Assembly (NCBI GenBank): GCA_965218095.1
Contig: OZ244587.1
Span: 2,080,001-2,144,000, forward strand
Origin: Candidatus Poribacteria bacterium
Lineage (GTDB): Bacteria; Poribacteria; WGA-4E; PCPOR2b
Reading direction: 5' to 3'
Length of the DNA stretch: 64,000 bases
The notes under the pieces: model-generated
The model's input: the letters and a program-made list of their open reading frames with translations, nothing else
Database searches by the model: none
What the model was told of the DNA's origin: nothing
In this document: positions 1-10,563 of the stretch, piece after piece
Numbering within the stretch: position 1 is the first letter of the stretch
Layout of the letters: each line of letters starts with the position of its first letter
Translations under genes and position numbers: made by a program

Positions 1-213
1 CAGTTCCTTCGTGCCATGGTGTCTTTGTGGTTAAGGAATTAAATCTCCCTTGCTGAGAAACGTTTGATATTGACGTTACTCCTTTTTCGTGTTAGAATGA
101 AGGAACAAGGTTGCCCCTTTCTCTCAAGAGCATACATCGCCGTACAAGATTTGTGCACCTTGTCGAACGATCCGGAATTTTCAGCGTTTACTTCAAAGGG
201 GGAGGGCACTTCC

Positions 214-1743
214 ATGAAAAGCAAAAGAGGTATTTTCAGCGGTATATTGATACTACTTGGCAGCTTGTTATCAATTTCCTGGCTGGCAGCCTTATCGGAT
301 GATGCGCTCGTGTATGTTATCAATATACGGAATGAGATCGGGAATGGGCTCCGCGTGTATATTGATAACGGGATTCGGCAGGCGGAGGAAACGGACGCAG
401 ACGCGATGATTTTTGACGTTCATACGCCCGGAGGCGCTGTCGGAGCGGCACGGGATATTATTGACGCGATTCAACGCACAGACATCCCCACGATTGCTTA
501 CGTCAACACAGAGGCAATCTCTGCCGGCGCGATGATTTCCCTATCTTGTGATCAGATTGTCATGAGACACGGTGGCACGATCGGTGATTCCGCGCCAGTC
601 ACGATTCAGGGCGACGAACTCAATGAGAAAGCCGTTTCCTACATTCGCGGAAAGATTCGCGCTACGGCAGAACGACAGGGCAGAAACCCTGCCATTGCTG
701 CCGCAATGGTGGATAAACGCCTCTATCTCGTCAGGTTGGCGGAGGGCGAAATTATCACGCTCAGACATGAACAATATAACGAGAGGAAAGAGGCCGGCGA
801 AGAGATGGAGATCATCGCGTCCGGAGGCCCTGAGGGTGAACTGCTGACTTTAACGACTGAAGAAGCCTTGCGGTATAACCTAGCGGATGGGGAGGCAGAT
901 ACTATCGAAGATCTGTTGGCGATGTACCAGATTGTCGAAGTCGATGGGGAACGCAAAGCCTTAACGATGGAAACAGTTGTGGAGAAACAAGCGGAGTTGG
1001 GTGATGATAGTGTAAAAACAATTAAGTCCCTGGAAAATGCAACGATTCAGGAAGTCATACTGACGTTGATGGATCGCTTTGTTCTTTTCATCACCAGCCC
1101 AGTGATCAGTGCAATGCTCTTAGCTTTCGGAGGAATTGGACTATGGGTGGAGATTCAGACGCCCGGTTTCGGTTTCCCTGGTATTGCTGGGCTCATCTGT
1201 CTGGCACTGGTGTTTGGGGGACACCGCCTGCTTAATATTGGCGTGGATTATGCGATACTGGCATTCATCGTTGGTGTTGCTTTACTTCTGCTAGAGTTCT
1301 TTGTCATACCGGGATTTGGCATTGCGGGCATCTTTGGCATTGTGCTGATGTTGGGCAGCGTCTTTTTTGTCTTCAAAAACGCCTACGCACTCAGCACCGC
1401 AATCACGTCGCTTTCTATCTCGATCCTCACCATGTTCCTCGTTGGAATTGTTCTCGCTTATATCTTGCCCAAAACCCGTACATGGAGCAACTTCATTTTG
1501 GACACAGCGATGGACTCAGCAATGGGTTATCATTCTGCGGGGGAAGAAGATTTCCAGAGCTATCTAGGCAAAACCGGCGTCGCCATTACACCGCTGCGAC
1601 CGGCCGGTACGGTTCGTGTCGGAGATAAGCGACTCGATGTCGTCACTGTCGGCGATTTTATCGCATCGGAAACATCTGTTAAAATCGTAAATGTCGAAGG
1701 ATCTAAAATCTTCGTCGAAGCGATTGATGAAACGGCTTCTTAG
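214..1743 (+). CDS. NfeD-family membrane-bound serine protease (long form: ClpP-like domain, TM region, C-terminal OB fold)
   Basis: TPGG and AISAGAMI ClpP-like motifs, multi-TM region (EIQTPGFG), C-terminal TPLRPAG..LDVV NfeD motif; start placed at ATG 214 after GGAGG; upstream of floA. Confidence 0.88.
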   Translation: MKSKRGIFSGILILLGSLLSISWLAALSDDALVYVINIRNEIGNGLRVYIDNGIRQAEETDADAMIFDVHTPGGAVGAARDIIDAIQRTDIPTIAYVNTEAISAGAMISLSCDQIVMRHGGTIGDSAPVTIQGDELNEKAVSYIRGKIRATAERQGRNPAIAAAMVDKRLYLVRLAEGEIITLRHEQYNERKEAGEEMEIIASGGPEGELLTLTTEEALRYNLADGEADTIEDLLAMYQIVEVDGERKALTMETVVEKQAELGDDSVKTIKSLENATIQEVILTLMDRFVLFITSPVISAMLLAFGGIGLWVEIQTPGFGFPGIAGLICLALVFGGHRLLNIGVDYAILAFIVGVALLLLEFFVIPGFGIAGIFGIVLMLGSVFFVFKNAYALSTAITSLSISILTMFLVGIVLAYILPKTRTWSNFILDTAMDSAMGYHSAGEEDFQSYLGKTGVAITPLRPAGTVRVGDKRLDVVTVGDFIASETSVKIVNVEGSKIFVEAIDETAS

Positions 1744-1817
1744 GTATTCGGGCTTGAGCGTTCACGTTTCATACCTGATGCCTCATCCCCATCATGCCTT
1801 ACGCATTACGAGATCCT

Positions 1818-2300
1818 ATGTCATGGCTTTCGATTTTCCTCATCGGTTTGGGCGTCTTATTATTATTCATTGAAATTGTCTTACTCCCCGGCTTTGGGGC
1901 GGCCGGGGTTCCGGCAATTGTGTTGATGGTCGTCGGTATAGTGCTTGTGTGGTCAGAGTTTGGATTGGAAACCGCCCTGATTTATGTCGGCTCGACAGTG
2001 GTATTCACCATCCCAGTTGCAATACTGGGATTGTGGCTTGCCCCTCACACAAGATTTGTAAAATCGCTCATACTTGATACGGCTGAGAATCGCGCAGACG
2101 GATTTCAAGCACCCCCGCAAGATTTGGTCAACCTGGTTGGCAAATCGGGCAGGTCGATTACCCCTTTACGCCCTGCTGGTACTGTATCAATCAATGGTCA
2201 CCGTGTTGATGTCGTTTCGCAAGGAGAATTTATTGAAGCGAAAACAGAGGTCGAAGTTATCTTCGTAGAAGGAAGTCGTGTCGTTGTCAGAAGTTTGTGA
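1818..2300 (+). CDS. Short NfeD-family protein (TM + OB fold)
   Basis: EIVLLPGFG TM motif and TPLRPAG..RVDVVSQG C-terminus; ATG at 1818. Confidence 0.85.
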   Translation: MSWLSIFLIGLGVLLLFIEIVLLPGFGAAGVPAIVLMVVGIVLVWSEFGLETALIYVGSTVVFTIPVAILGLWLAPHTRFVKSLILDTAENRADGFQAPPQDLVNLVGKSGRSITPLRPAGTVSINGHRVDVVSQGEFIEAKTEVEVIFVEGSRVVVRSL

Positions 2301-2341
2301 ACGCAAATAGTTAAAGTCACCTTATATTCAAGGAGAGTTAT

Positions 2342-3244
2342 ATGCCTGCAGAATGGTTGTCGATAGTGCCTATTCTTGTGATAATTGTCTTACTATTGTT
2401 ACTCTTTTGGGCAGTGCCAGTTGGGCTTTGGATTGCAGCCCGTTTTGCCGGCGTACGCGTCCGTCTCATCGGAGACCTGCTTTTTATGCGCTTGCGTCGC
2501 GTCAATCCTCCTGTGATTGTGAATGCCCAGATTAATGCGACGAAAGCTGGGCTCCAGATTAACATAGCAGATCTCGAAGCCCACTACCTAGCGGGTGGCA
2601 CTGTCCCGCGTGTCGTCAACGCCTTAATTGCTGCTGACAAAGCGAAGATTGAACTTCCTCTTCAGCAAGCAACCGCAATCGATTTAGCCGGACGAGACGT
2701 ACTTGATGCTGTGCAGGTAAGTGTGAATCCACGAGTTATTACAACACCACGAATCACCGCCGTTGCCCTCGATGGGGTTCAACTCATCGCTACAGTGCGC
2801 ATTACTGTTAGAGCAAATATCAACCGGCTGGTTGGAGGGGCGGGCGAAGAAACAATAATCGCCCGGGTTGGTGAAGGAATCGTCAGTGCGATTGGCGCCT
2901 CAGAAACTTATGAGGATGTTCTGGAAAACCCCGACATTATCTCCAGAACAGTGTTAGATCGCGGGCTGGATTCAGGAACAGCTTACGATATTCTCTCAAT
3001 TGATATTGCTGATATAAATGTCGGAAAAAACATTGGCGCTGAATTGCAAGCCGAACAAGCAGAAGCAGATCTTGTCGTCGCTCAAGCAAAGGCTGAGGAA
3101 AGACGGGCGATGGCAGTCGCCCGTAAACAAGAAATGACCGCGAAAGTTCAGGAAATGCGCGCAAAATATGTTGAAGCCGAAGCTGGCGTTCCTCGCGCCA
3201 TCGCCGGCGCATTCCGAGCCGGAAATCTTATAAGCCAAGTTTAG
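2342..3244 (+). CDS. floA: Flotillin-like protein FloA (YqfA/SPFH), paralogue 1
   Basis: [38 protein letters not shown] motifs; RBS AAGGAG. Confidence 0.9.
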   Translation: MPAEWLSIVPILVIIVLLLLLFWAVPVGLWIAARFAGVRVRLIGDLLFMRLRRVNPPVIVNAQINATKAGLQINIADLEAHYLAGGTVPRVVNALIAADKAKIELPLQQATAIDLAGRDVLDAVQVSVNPRVITTPRITAVALDGVQLIATVRITVRANINRLVGGAGEETIIARVGEGIVSAIGASETYEDVLENPDIISRTVLDRGLDSGTAYDILSIDIADINVGKNIGAELQAEQAEADLVVAQAKAEERRAMAVARKQEMTAKVQEMRAKYVEAEAGVPRAIAGAFRAGNLISQV

Positions 3245-3257
3245 AAGGAGGTTTCAG

Positions 3258-4283
3258 ATGACCGTTCCTGTTTCAGTTCTAGCGATTGCAGTTGTTGCTG
3301 GTATTTTGTTGTTGTCCTGGCTTGTTCCACTAAGACTCTGGATTGCTGCCCGCGCATCAAACGTGAAGGTCCGAATCTTCCAAGATCTCGTTGCCATGCG
3401 CTTACGTCGTGTGCCTCCGAAGGCAATCGTGGAACCGCAGATTGAAGCGACAAAAGCTGGACTTAATCTCAGACTTGACAACCTCGAAGCGCACTATCTC
3501 GCCGGGGGCAGCGTGGGAAACGTTGTCTCTGCACTCATCGTTGCGGATAAAGCAAGGATCCAGCTGGACTTCACGCAAGCCGCAGCCATAGATCTCGCCG
3601 GGAGAGATGTGTTAGAAGCCGTGCGGATGAGCGTCAATCCAAAGATTATTGATGTCCCACCCAAGGGTGAAAACAGCCCCGGCATTACTGCGGTCGCCCG
3701 TGACGGCATCCAACTGATTGCGCGCGCTCGGGTTACTGTGAGAGCCAATATTAATCGGCTTGTCGGTGGTGCAGGAGAAGCAACAATCATCGCCAGAGTG
3801 GGAGAGGGTATTATCACGACGATTGGTTCTGCCGTAAGCCATAAAGCGGTCCTGGAAAATCCAGCGCAGATCTCGAAGGTTGTCCTTGAAAAGGGCCTGG
3901 CAGCCGGTACAGCTTTTGAGATCCTGTCCATTGATATTGCAGATATCAACATCGGTGCCAATGTCGGCGCAAAACTGCAAACGGATCAAGCGGAAGCCGA
4001 GTTGAAAATTGCTCGCGCCAAAGCGGAAGAAAGACGGGCGCTGGCGCAAGCGCAAGAAGAGGAAAACAAAGCCTTCGTCGAGGAAATGACTGTCACTCTC
4101 GTTGAAGCAGAAGCGGAAGTGCCTCGCGCCATTGCAGATTCTTTCTCGTCAGGCAGCATGAGTGTTATGGATTACTACAATCTGCGCAACGTCATCGCGG
4201 ACACGGAGATGCGTCAATCGATCGCAACGACTAACGGTGACAGAGACACGACCCGTTCATCTCATGCGTTGGGACTTTCGTAA
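3258..4283 (+). CDS. floA: Flotillin-like protein FloA, paralogue 2
   Basis: Same motifs plus C-terminal [17 protein letters not shown]; RBS AAGGAGG. Confidence 0.9.
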   Translation: MTVPVSVLAIAVVAGILLLSWLVPLRLWIAARASNVKVRIFQDLVAMRLRRVPPKAIVEPQIEATKAGLNLRLDNLEAHYLAGGSVGNVVSALIVADKARIQLDFTQAAAIDLAGRDVLEAVRMSVNPKIIDVPPKGENSPGITAVARDGIQLIARARVTVRANINRLVGGAGEATIIARVGEGIITTIGSAVSHKAVLENPAQISKVVLEKGLAAGTAFEILSIDIADINIGANVGAKLQTDQAEAELKIARAKAEERRALAQAQEEENKAFVEEMTVTLVEAEAEVPRAIADSFSSGSMSVMDYYNLRNVIADTEMRQSIATTNGDRDTTRSSHALGLS

Positions 4284-4639
4284 GAAATTTGGGCTCAGGT
4301 TATTAGGCATTAGGCTATTAACTAATGGTGCTAGTTTGAAACCAAAGATCCAGTCATAGCAACGATCGATTCTTTGCGAGGTCAAATATGTAAGCTCTAC
4401 ACCTCTTGTGGGGACTACATCCTCACCAAACTACAGATGGTATTATTGTGATGGAGAATTTCCGCTTCTTCCTTTTTTCGGAAATTCCGCTAAACCTCAC
4501 CTGATCTGACTTTGAGGCCTTATGGCGTCTTATCGCAGCTTCGCTCCCGTTACCCCTACAATCGGCGATCAGAATTATTTCGTGGAAAGGTATAGAAGAA
4601 AAACCCAGCAATTTCTTGTTCCGCAACCGGCAGATAATC

Positions 4640-5132
4640 ATGAATGAAAAAGAGAGTACAACCCACAACCTGCTTGGCTTACATGCACGCTTCGCCCAAA
4701 TGCTCTCCGAAGCTGCGAATCAATTCTCTTCCAACATCTACATCCAAGAAGGGCAGATGAAAGTAAGCGCAAAAAATGTTATGGGAATCATGATCTCATC
4801 TTTCGCATCATCCGGATCAAATTTTCTTAATTTCGGAGGACAAACCCGCATGTCGCGCGGATCCGATAATTGACCGTTTCGATTATCAAGACCGGGTTGA
4901 GGCGGCAATGTGTCAATCATCGGAGCGGGATGTTGAGAAGCCTTGCAAAGACTGGATCCAAAAATTAAGAAAACCACTCAAAAATGATGCGAAAGGTAAG
5001 ATGATGTTAGCCGCTAGAAAAGACATCCAACTTACCATTACCGCAGAAGGCCCAGGCGAAGAAGAAGTCATCGGAGTATTGTCGAAATTGGTTGAAAGTG
5101 GCTTCGATGAGGTAATTCACTTTCGTGTTTAA
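4640..5132 (+). pseudogene. HPr-family phosphocarrier gene interrupted by a 206-bp MITE
   Basis: N-half GLHAR...AKNVMGIM (4640-4794), C-half MLAA..TITAEGPGEEE..LVESGFDE (5001-5132); removing 4795-5005 restores a 93-aa ORF. Confidence 0.85.
4795..5000. mobile_element. MITE-like element, 17-bp imperfect TIRs, 5-bp TSD ATGAT
   Basis: CTCATCTTTCGCATCAT (4795-4811) vs ATGATGCGAAAGGTAAG (4984-5000), 15/17 inverted match; internal inverted TTTTCTTAATTT/AAATTAAGAAAA; ATGAT at 4790-4794 and 5001-5005. Confidence 0.85.
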
Positions 5133-5251
5133 CTGTAAATGACTCCGACGGGAACATGAGGTGACCCTCTAAATCTGTGCACTTATTTTATGAACAGCCT
5201 GGAATAGCATTGATTAAGTATCGTCGCTATCAGATAAAAGAGAGGTGCAAA

Positions 5252-5704
5252 TTGGGAAATGAAATTATCTACAAGACACATCTTGAGGACATCAACTGGA
5301 AAGAGATGAAAGAGACATTGGCAATGGATAAGTTTGACAATGGACGCACGCCAGAGCAGCTTGCAAGTTCTTTCCGAAACAGCTATGCGACGGTAATTGC
5401 CTACATTAATAATCAGATTGTTGGCACGGCGCGTGCGCTTTCTGATGGTGTCTGCAATGCCTACATAGTTGATGTCTGGACACTTACGAAGTATCGCAGA
5501 CGTGGCATCGCAAGCAGAATGATGGGAATTCTTTCTCATCAATTGCAAGGACAGCAGGTATATCTGTTTACAGAAGATGCGACTGCCTTTTACGAAACAC
5601 TTGGATTTAAGGCGCAGTCGGTGGGAATGGGAAAAGTGGTTGGGGAGTGGCTGAAGCCTAAAAGCACCGCGTATAATGTGCCCAGAAAACGTGTACAATA
5701 CTAA
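5252..5704 (+). CDS. GNAT-family N-acetyltransferase
   Basis: YRRRGIAS acetyl-CoA motif, FYETLGF; TTG start after GAGGTG. Confidence 0.8.
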   Translation: MGNEIIYKTHLEDINWKEMKETLAMDKFDNGRTPEQLASSFRNSYATVIAYINNQIVGTARALSDGVCNAYIVDVWTLTKYRRRGIASRMMGILSHQLQGQQVYLFTEDATAFYETLGFKAQSVGMGKVVGEWLKPKSTAYNVPRKRVQY

Positions 5705-5727
5705 AAAACTTGATGAGGTCAGAAAAG

Positions 5728-5943
5728 ATGAAAGCTTTAATCATCGCTGCCGGAAGAGGCAGTAGACTGGCAGGTCTAACCCAGGATAAGCCAAAGCCCC
5801 TGATTCAACTTTTAGGTTTATCTTTAATCGAAAGGGTGATATTAACGGCTAAACAGGCAGGTGTTGATGACTTTTTATACTACTTGGACTTCCAGATGCG
5901 ACTATTCCGTAATAACCTGAAGGTGGTATTCCGCCCTGTTTGA
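5728..5943 (+). pseudogene. Truncated sugar-phosphate nucleotidyltransferase (N-terminal fragment)
   Basis: MKALIIAAGRGSRL..PKPL motif; similarity appears to end near 5875 and the ORF stops after ~70 aa. Confidence 0.75.
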
Positions 5944-6011
5944 CTCCCCACAAATAGTCGCATTTGAATCTGCAAACGGTATAATGCCTACTATCAAAAA
6001 AGGAGATACCG

Positions 6012-6428
6012 ATGGACGAATTCATTCAAGTGATTGCTTTTATTGTTTTTGGAATTGTGGCATTGCTGGGCAGGCTCCTCAGTCGGAAAGAGCCTAGCGT
6101 CGTACTGGAGGAAGAAGAGGTGACTTTGCCGCCGTGGGGTAACTTGCCAATGAAGGAGGAAGCCCCAGCCCCCCAAACCGTCGAACCTGAAACGATGCCC
6201 ATTCAACCTCCAGCACTTCACCCATATTCAGCACATCTCGTGAACAAAGAAACACCTGTCAAGCCGGAGTTGAAACCTGTCCCTGCTCCCAAAAGCCATA
6301 CCGATTCGCCTCCACCTAAGTCGCCGGAAATTGCAGGAATTCCTCTGTCCCCCCAGACTTTTCGTCAAGGGATTATCCTCGCTGAGATTCTTGGACGCCC
6401 AAAATCTCTTCGCCGTCCCCGTCAGTAG
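6012..6428 (+). CDS. Hypothetical membrane-anchored Pro-rich protein (YqfB-like, floA-associated)
   Basis: N-terminal TM, C-terminal RQGIILAEILGRPKSLR motif typical of proteins downstream of floA; RBS AAGGAG. Confidence 0.6.
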   Translation: MDEFIQVIAFIVFGIVALLGRLLSRKEPSVVLEEEEVTLPPWGNLPMKEEAPAPQTVEPETMPIQPPALHPYSAHLVNKETPVKPELKPVPAPKSHTDSPPPKSPEIAGIPLSPQTFRQGIILAEILGRPKSLRRPRQ

Positions 6429-6464
6429 AACTGCTAAAATCTCTACATTGTTCAGCACATTCCG

Positions 6465-7229
6465 TTATAGTTCTCCACACAAAGCTTCCCACAAGGCACG
6501 ATAGTAGTTCATCACACGAAGGGGATCGGAACTCCCCGGAATTTCGGCTAAGGTGTAACCGTTATATCCGGCCGCCTTCAACAGAGCGAAGAGTTCTGGC
6601 CAGGGGTATTCCCGCCGATGGAGTTCGTTGATGTGAACCAACTGTATCCAATCCTTGACCAGATCGAAGTTGTTTTTAGTAGAGCCGTTTTCGACTTCCC
6701 CTTGATTGGAATTCCAGCAGACAAACACGTTATCGTGATCGGCAACTTCCATGATTGTTCGGATATGTGGGACATGCGATGTTCCCCTGCCGTGCACCTC
6801 AAGGCGGATCTGAACGCCGAGATTTTTGGTAAACTCCCCACACTCCCGCAAGGATACTCCAATCTGTTCCAGCGTTTTTCCCTCCGGAACGCCCTCGGGA
6901 AGACCGTTCGGCCGGACTTTCACCCCAGGGGCTCCGACATCTGCTGCAAGCTGTGCATATGCCTTCGTTCCCTCAATATTCTCCCGCACTTCATCCGCAT
7001 CCGTTGAGTGATACTCGAATGCACTTCCCAATCCAGCCAGTTCAACCGGCGAGTCCTCAAACCGTTTTCGCACTGCCTGGCGTTCGTTTGCGGAAAGATT
7101 GACCTCAACCCCATGGGCATGGGTGGTGCGCAGTTCGACACCCTGAAAACCGGTTGCTGCGCAGTGTTCGATAATCGTTAGAACGTCCCAATCCTTCGCC
7201 ATATTATACGTCACAAGACCAAGTTTCAT
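6465..7229 (-). CDS. Sugar phosphate isomerase/epimerase (AP endonuclease 2 TIM barrel)
   Basis: GFQGVELR, LEVHG, LVHINE motifs; start MKLGL after AGGAG. Confidence 0.8.
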   Translation of the reverse strand: MKLGLVTYNMAKDWDVLTIIEHCAATGFQGVELRTTHAHGVEVNLSANERQAVRKRFEDSPVELAGLGSAFEYHSTDADEVRENIEGTKAYAQLAADVGAPGVKVRPNGLPEGVPEGKTLEQIGVSLRECGEFTKNLGVQIRLEVHGRGTSHVPHIRTIMEVADHDNVFVCWNSNQGEVENGSTKNNFDLVKDWIQLVHINELHRREYPWPELFALLKAAGYNGYTLAEIPGSSDPLRVMNYYRALWEALCGEL

Positions 7230-7404
7230 CGTATTTCTCCTCTGTAATGGGTGCTTTTGCCGCCGTAAAGTTGCTAACTCTCCAACCATTGTATCACAAT
7301 CCGCTTAACCCATCTAGCTGAAATTTACTGCTTATTTCTATTGCAAACCCTTGCGCCTTGTGCTATGCTATGGTTTCCAATCCTACATTCAAATGAGGAG
7401 TCAG

Positions 7405-8449
7405 ATGAGTCAAGCAGAGATCAAAGTTGGAATTATCGGTGCGGGTGATATTGTGTGCAACCGTCATTTACCCAATCTGCGAAAAATTGAAGGAGTTGAA
7501 ATTGTTGCCGTCTGTAACCGTACCTCTGAAAGCGCGGAAAGGGTCGCAGCGGATTATGATATTCCGAGGATTTACAAAAACTGGCGAGATCTGATTCGAC
7601 AAAAGGACGTTGATGCGGTGTTCATCGGAACGCCCCCCTTACCTTCATTACGCCGCGACCCTGGCAGCGCTGGATGCGGGAAAACATGTATTCTGCCAAG
7701 CGCGTATGGCGATGAACTATCAGGAGGCGAAGCAGATGTACGAAGCTTCGCAGAAAACAGCTCTGAAGACAATGCTGTGTCCTGTCCCCGTTGGGATTCG
7801 AGGGGGTGCGATGATGAAAAAGCTGATTGACTCAGGTTATGTTGGATAGGTCTACAACATTCAGATGCCCGGCTTTTCGTCACAATATGCGGATGCAAGT
7901 CGCTCACTGCACTGGCGTCAGATGCCAGATATATCAGGGTTAAACACGCTGACGCTGGGGATGTGGGCAGAAGTCTTACATCGATGATTCGGTTATGCGC
8001 GTCGGGTTACGGCACAAACGAAGATCCACATTCCGCAACGCCGCCTGCCAAATTCAGATGATTGGACGAAAGTGGAGATTCCCGATGGAATTGGCATCGT
8101 CGCTGAGATGATGAATGGCACCTTAATGGTGATGCACTTCAGCGGCGTGGCTCGATTCGCAGGTGATAATCGCTGCGAAATCTACGGGAGTGATGGGACG
8201 ATTATGTACAATCTCGACACGGATCAAATTCATGGGGCGCAAGTAGGCGATGACGGGTTAAAACCCATCTCGATTCCTGAACCGCTTCAGCGTGAATGGA
8301 TGGTCGAGGAGGATTTTATCTCGGCGATCCGGAATGACGCCCCCGTGTTACCGAGTTTCTACGCCGGATTGAAGTATATGGAATTCACCGAAGCCGTGAT
8401 GCGATCTGCCCACGAAGGCCGGATCGTTGAACTTCCTTTCAGTAGCTGA
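7405..8449 (+). pseudogene. Gfo/Idh/MocA oxidoreductase pseudogene
   Basis: IKVGIIGAG start; frameshift at C-run ~7634-7638 into PPYLH..GKHVFCQARMA; stop at 7847-7849; C-terminus in ORF 8072-8449. Confidence 0.85.
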
Positions 8450-8598
8450 TTGACATGGGTATGGCCTACTATCACTAAATCCGTGGTTCCAGTTGGAATG
8501 TCGAGAAGACGACCAGGGATTTGAGTTCAAGCGTTCAATGAACCCATGAACTGATGAATTCATGAACCTCTGCACAGAGACAAACTGAGTGGTTACAG

Positions 8599-9936
8599 TT
8601 AGCCCAGTCTCACGCATAGAAATGGAATCAGCATTTCATCAGGGGTTAAGCCGCCGTGTCTTCCGCCAGTCGCATACGGCTTATCCGTCACCGGGGCGTA
8701 AAAAGCGTTGTTATCGCGCATAACAACGAGCAAATCGCCCATTCTGTCGCAGACATGCTCACTGAGATCGCCATGTCCCCACAGCCCAAGATTTAACGCT
8801 TTTTGCGAATCAATCACGATCAGTTGATCCGAAAATCGGTCTCTCAAGTAAGTCTGTAGCCGATCCAATTTTCCCTGTTTGACGTGGAGATACGCAGCGC
8901 GATAGTCTCCTGTTGGCAAGAATAACAGGTGATCCTTGATAGCAGGGAAGCGATCGACTCGGATGTGCCTGTCTTTCGGAACGGTGATCTGGCCATGGTC
9001 GGCGGTTAGAATGAGAAGCGTGGTTCCTGAGATCTGGGAATCGACATGCTGAATGAGCTCTCGTTCTAGCGAATATGACAAGTTGCATACCTCCGCGACA
9101 AACTCCTCGCTGTTGGCACCATAAAGATGAGCAATTGAGTCAATCGCATCCCAGTAGACAAAGATGCAGGCACGTTCATCAGGCTTTTCTTTAATAAGCC
9201 GCCGCAACGTAACGAACATATCCGACGCATTCACAAAACCGTGAACTCTGGTTGCTCCCAGGTGAAACATCTGGGATAGAGGACTTCCCCTGTATTCGTT
9301 TCTGATCAGGACATGCGAAGCAACCCGTGCGTTGGCGAGGCGTTGGTGAAGCGTTTTGACACCGAGTAACCGTTGGGGGTCAAGCCCCATCTGAAGTAGA
9401 CGACCATCCGCCGATTCGTAGATGGATGAGAAGCCAATCATGTTCGCGATGGTCGCATATTCTTTGAGGAAAAGGCGGTAGCCGAGTATACCGTGTTCTT
9501 GGGGGGTCACGCCCGTGTAAAAACTGGTCAGGGCAGCAACCGTTGTTGATGGGAAAATCGAAGTGAGTGGGACGAATCGACCGCGACGGATTAATTCATT
9601 CAGAATCAGATCTGGCTGTGATTCAAGGACTGGCGTCAGTTGATTATATCCGAGGGCATCCACGAGAAATAGGATGACCTTCCGAATCCCTTCCGTTTGC
9701 CCCTCAACCAGTTCATCAGGTAACGCAGGGTGCCCAGGGATGTGGATGCCAAACAGCTTCAGTAATGTTGCGGAAATATTGATCAGTGAAAGGTCTTTAT
9801 AGGCGGGATATATGAATTCGCCGGGTTGAACATATTGATTTATCTGTTTGATGGACTGACGCCGGATATGTGCTTCAATTTTATCGGCAGGTGGTTGATG
9901 CGCCGTTTTATAATCCAACTTGTATGTTCCAGACAT
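8599..9936 (-). CDS. Alkaline-phosphatase superfamily (nucleotide pyrophosphatase/phosphodiesterase) protein
   Basis: LVDALG, FPSTT nucleophile motif, DSIAH, TADHG, HGGLT. Confidence 0.82.
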   Translation of the reverse strand: MSGTYKLDYKTAHQPPADKIEAHIRRQSIKQINQYVQPGEFIYPAYKDLSLINISATLLKLFGIHIPGHPALPDELVEGQTEGIRKVILFLVDALGYNQLTPVLESQPDLILNELIRRGRFVPLTSIFPSTTVAALTSFYTGVTPQEHGILGYRLFLKEYATIANMIGFSSIYESADGRLLQMGLDPQRLLGVKTLHQRLANARVASHVLIRNEYRGSPLSQMFHLGATRVHGFVNASDMFVTLRRLIKEKPDERACIFVYWDAIDSIAHLYGANSEEFVAEVCNLSYSLERELIQHVDSQISGTTLLILTADHGQITVPKDRHIRVDRFPAIKDHLLFLPTGDYRAAYLHVKQGKLDRLQTYLRDRFSDQLIVIDSQKALNLGLWGHGDLSEHVCDRMGDLLVVMRDNNAFYAPVTDKPYATGGRHGGLTPDEMLIPFLCVRLG

Positions 9937-10031
9937 GCATTATCCTAACTATTGGAAAAAAGTGCATCAAAATAAGCTGTAGGGCACGCAATACGCATCA
10001 CGTTTTTACGTTTCACGCATGGCGTGCGTAC

Positions 10032-10526
10032 CTATATGCAGATGCCAACAATTAACACAGCAGTTGGCATTGATGTTTCTTGAGCCCTCCGGAAGGCATC
10101 GCTGATATACGGAATGTCATCATCAGTTTCGATCTTGTTGTATGGAAACCCCCACGCCTTGAGCGTCGGTTCAAGGAAGGTCGCGGCGGTGTCTATACGA
10201 GGGGCATCGGGTTTCATAGTCTGATACCCACGATAACCGACCAGCGATACCAAGGGGATTTCCATATTAAAGGCTGTGCCTCGGATGGCATCTCCAGATT
10301 CCAGAAAACCGGTATTCTGGATAATGACCACAGGGTGTTTTCCGCCAACGTATAGTCCTGATGCGATGGCGAATGCTTCACCTTCACGGCTAACGGTGAT
10401 GACATCGATTTCGGGGTCTGCATGGAGTCGCTTAAAGATTTGCGCTGTCCCGTTGTCGGGCAAGCCAATCGCATGGCTCACGTTCCATTTTTTCAACTCG
10501 TCTACAATTTTTTGTGCGGATACCAA
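10032..10526 (-). CDS. ThDP-dependent decarboxylase alpha subunit-like (ComD/phosphonopyruvate decarboxylase N-terminal)
   Basis: GLPD, SREGEAFAIASG, IQNTG motifs; 164 aa. Confidence 0.75.
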   Translation of the reverse strand: MVSAQKIVDELKKWNVSHAIGLPDNGTAQIFKRLHADPEIDVITVSREGEAFAIASGLYVGGKHPVVIIQNTGFLESGDAIRGTAFNMEIPLVSLVGYRGYQTMKPDAPRIDTAATFLEPTLKAWGFPYNKIETDDDIPYISDAFRRAQETSMPTAVLIVGICI

Positions 10527-10563
10527 ATCGTGTTCCTCCTCAATGAATCAATAACCTTTCTTG

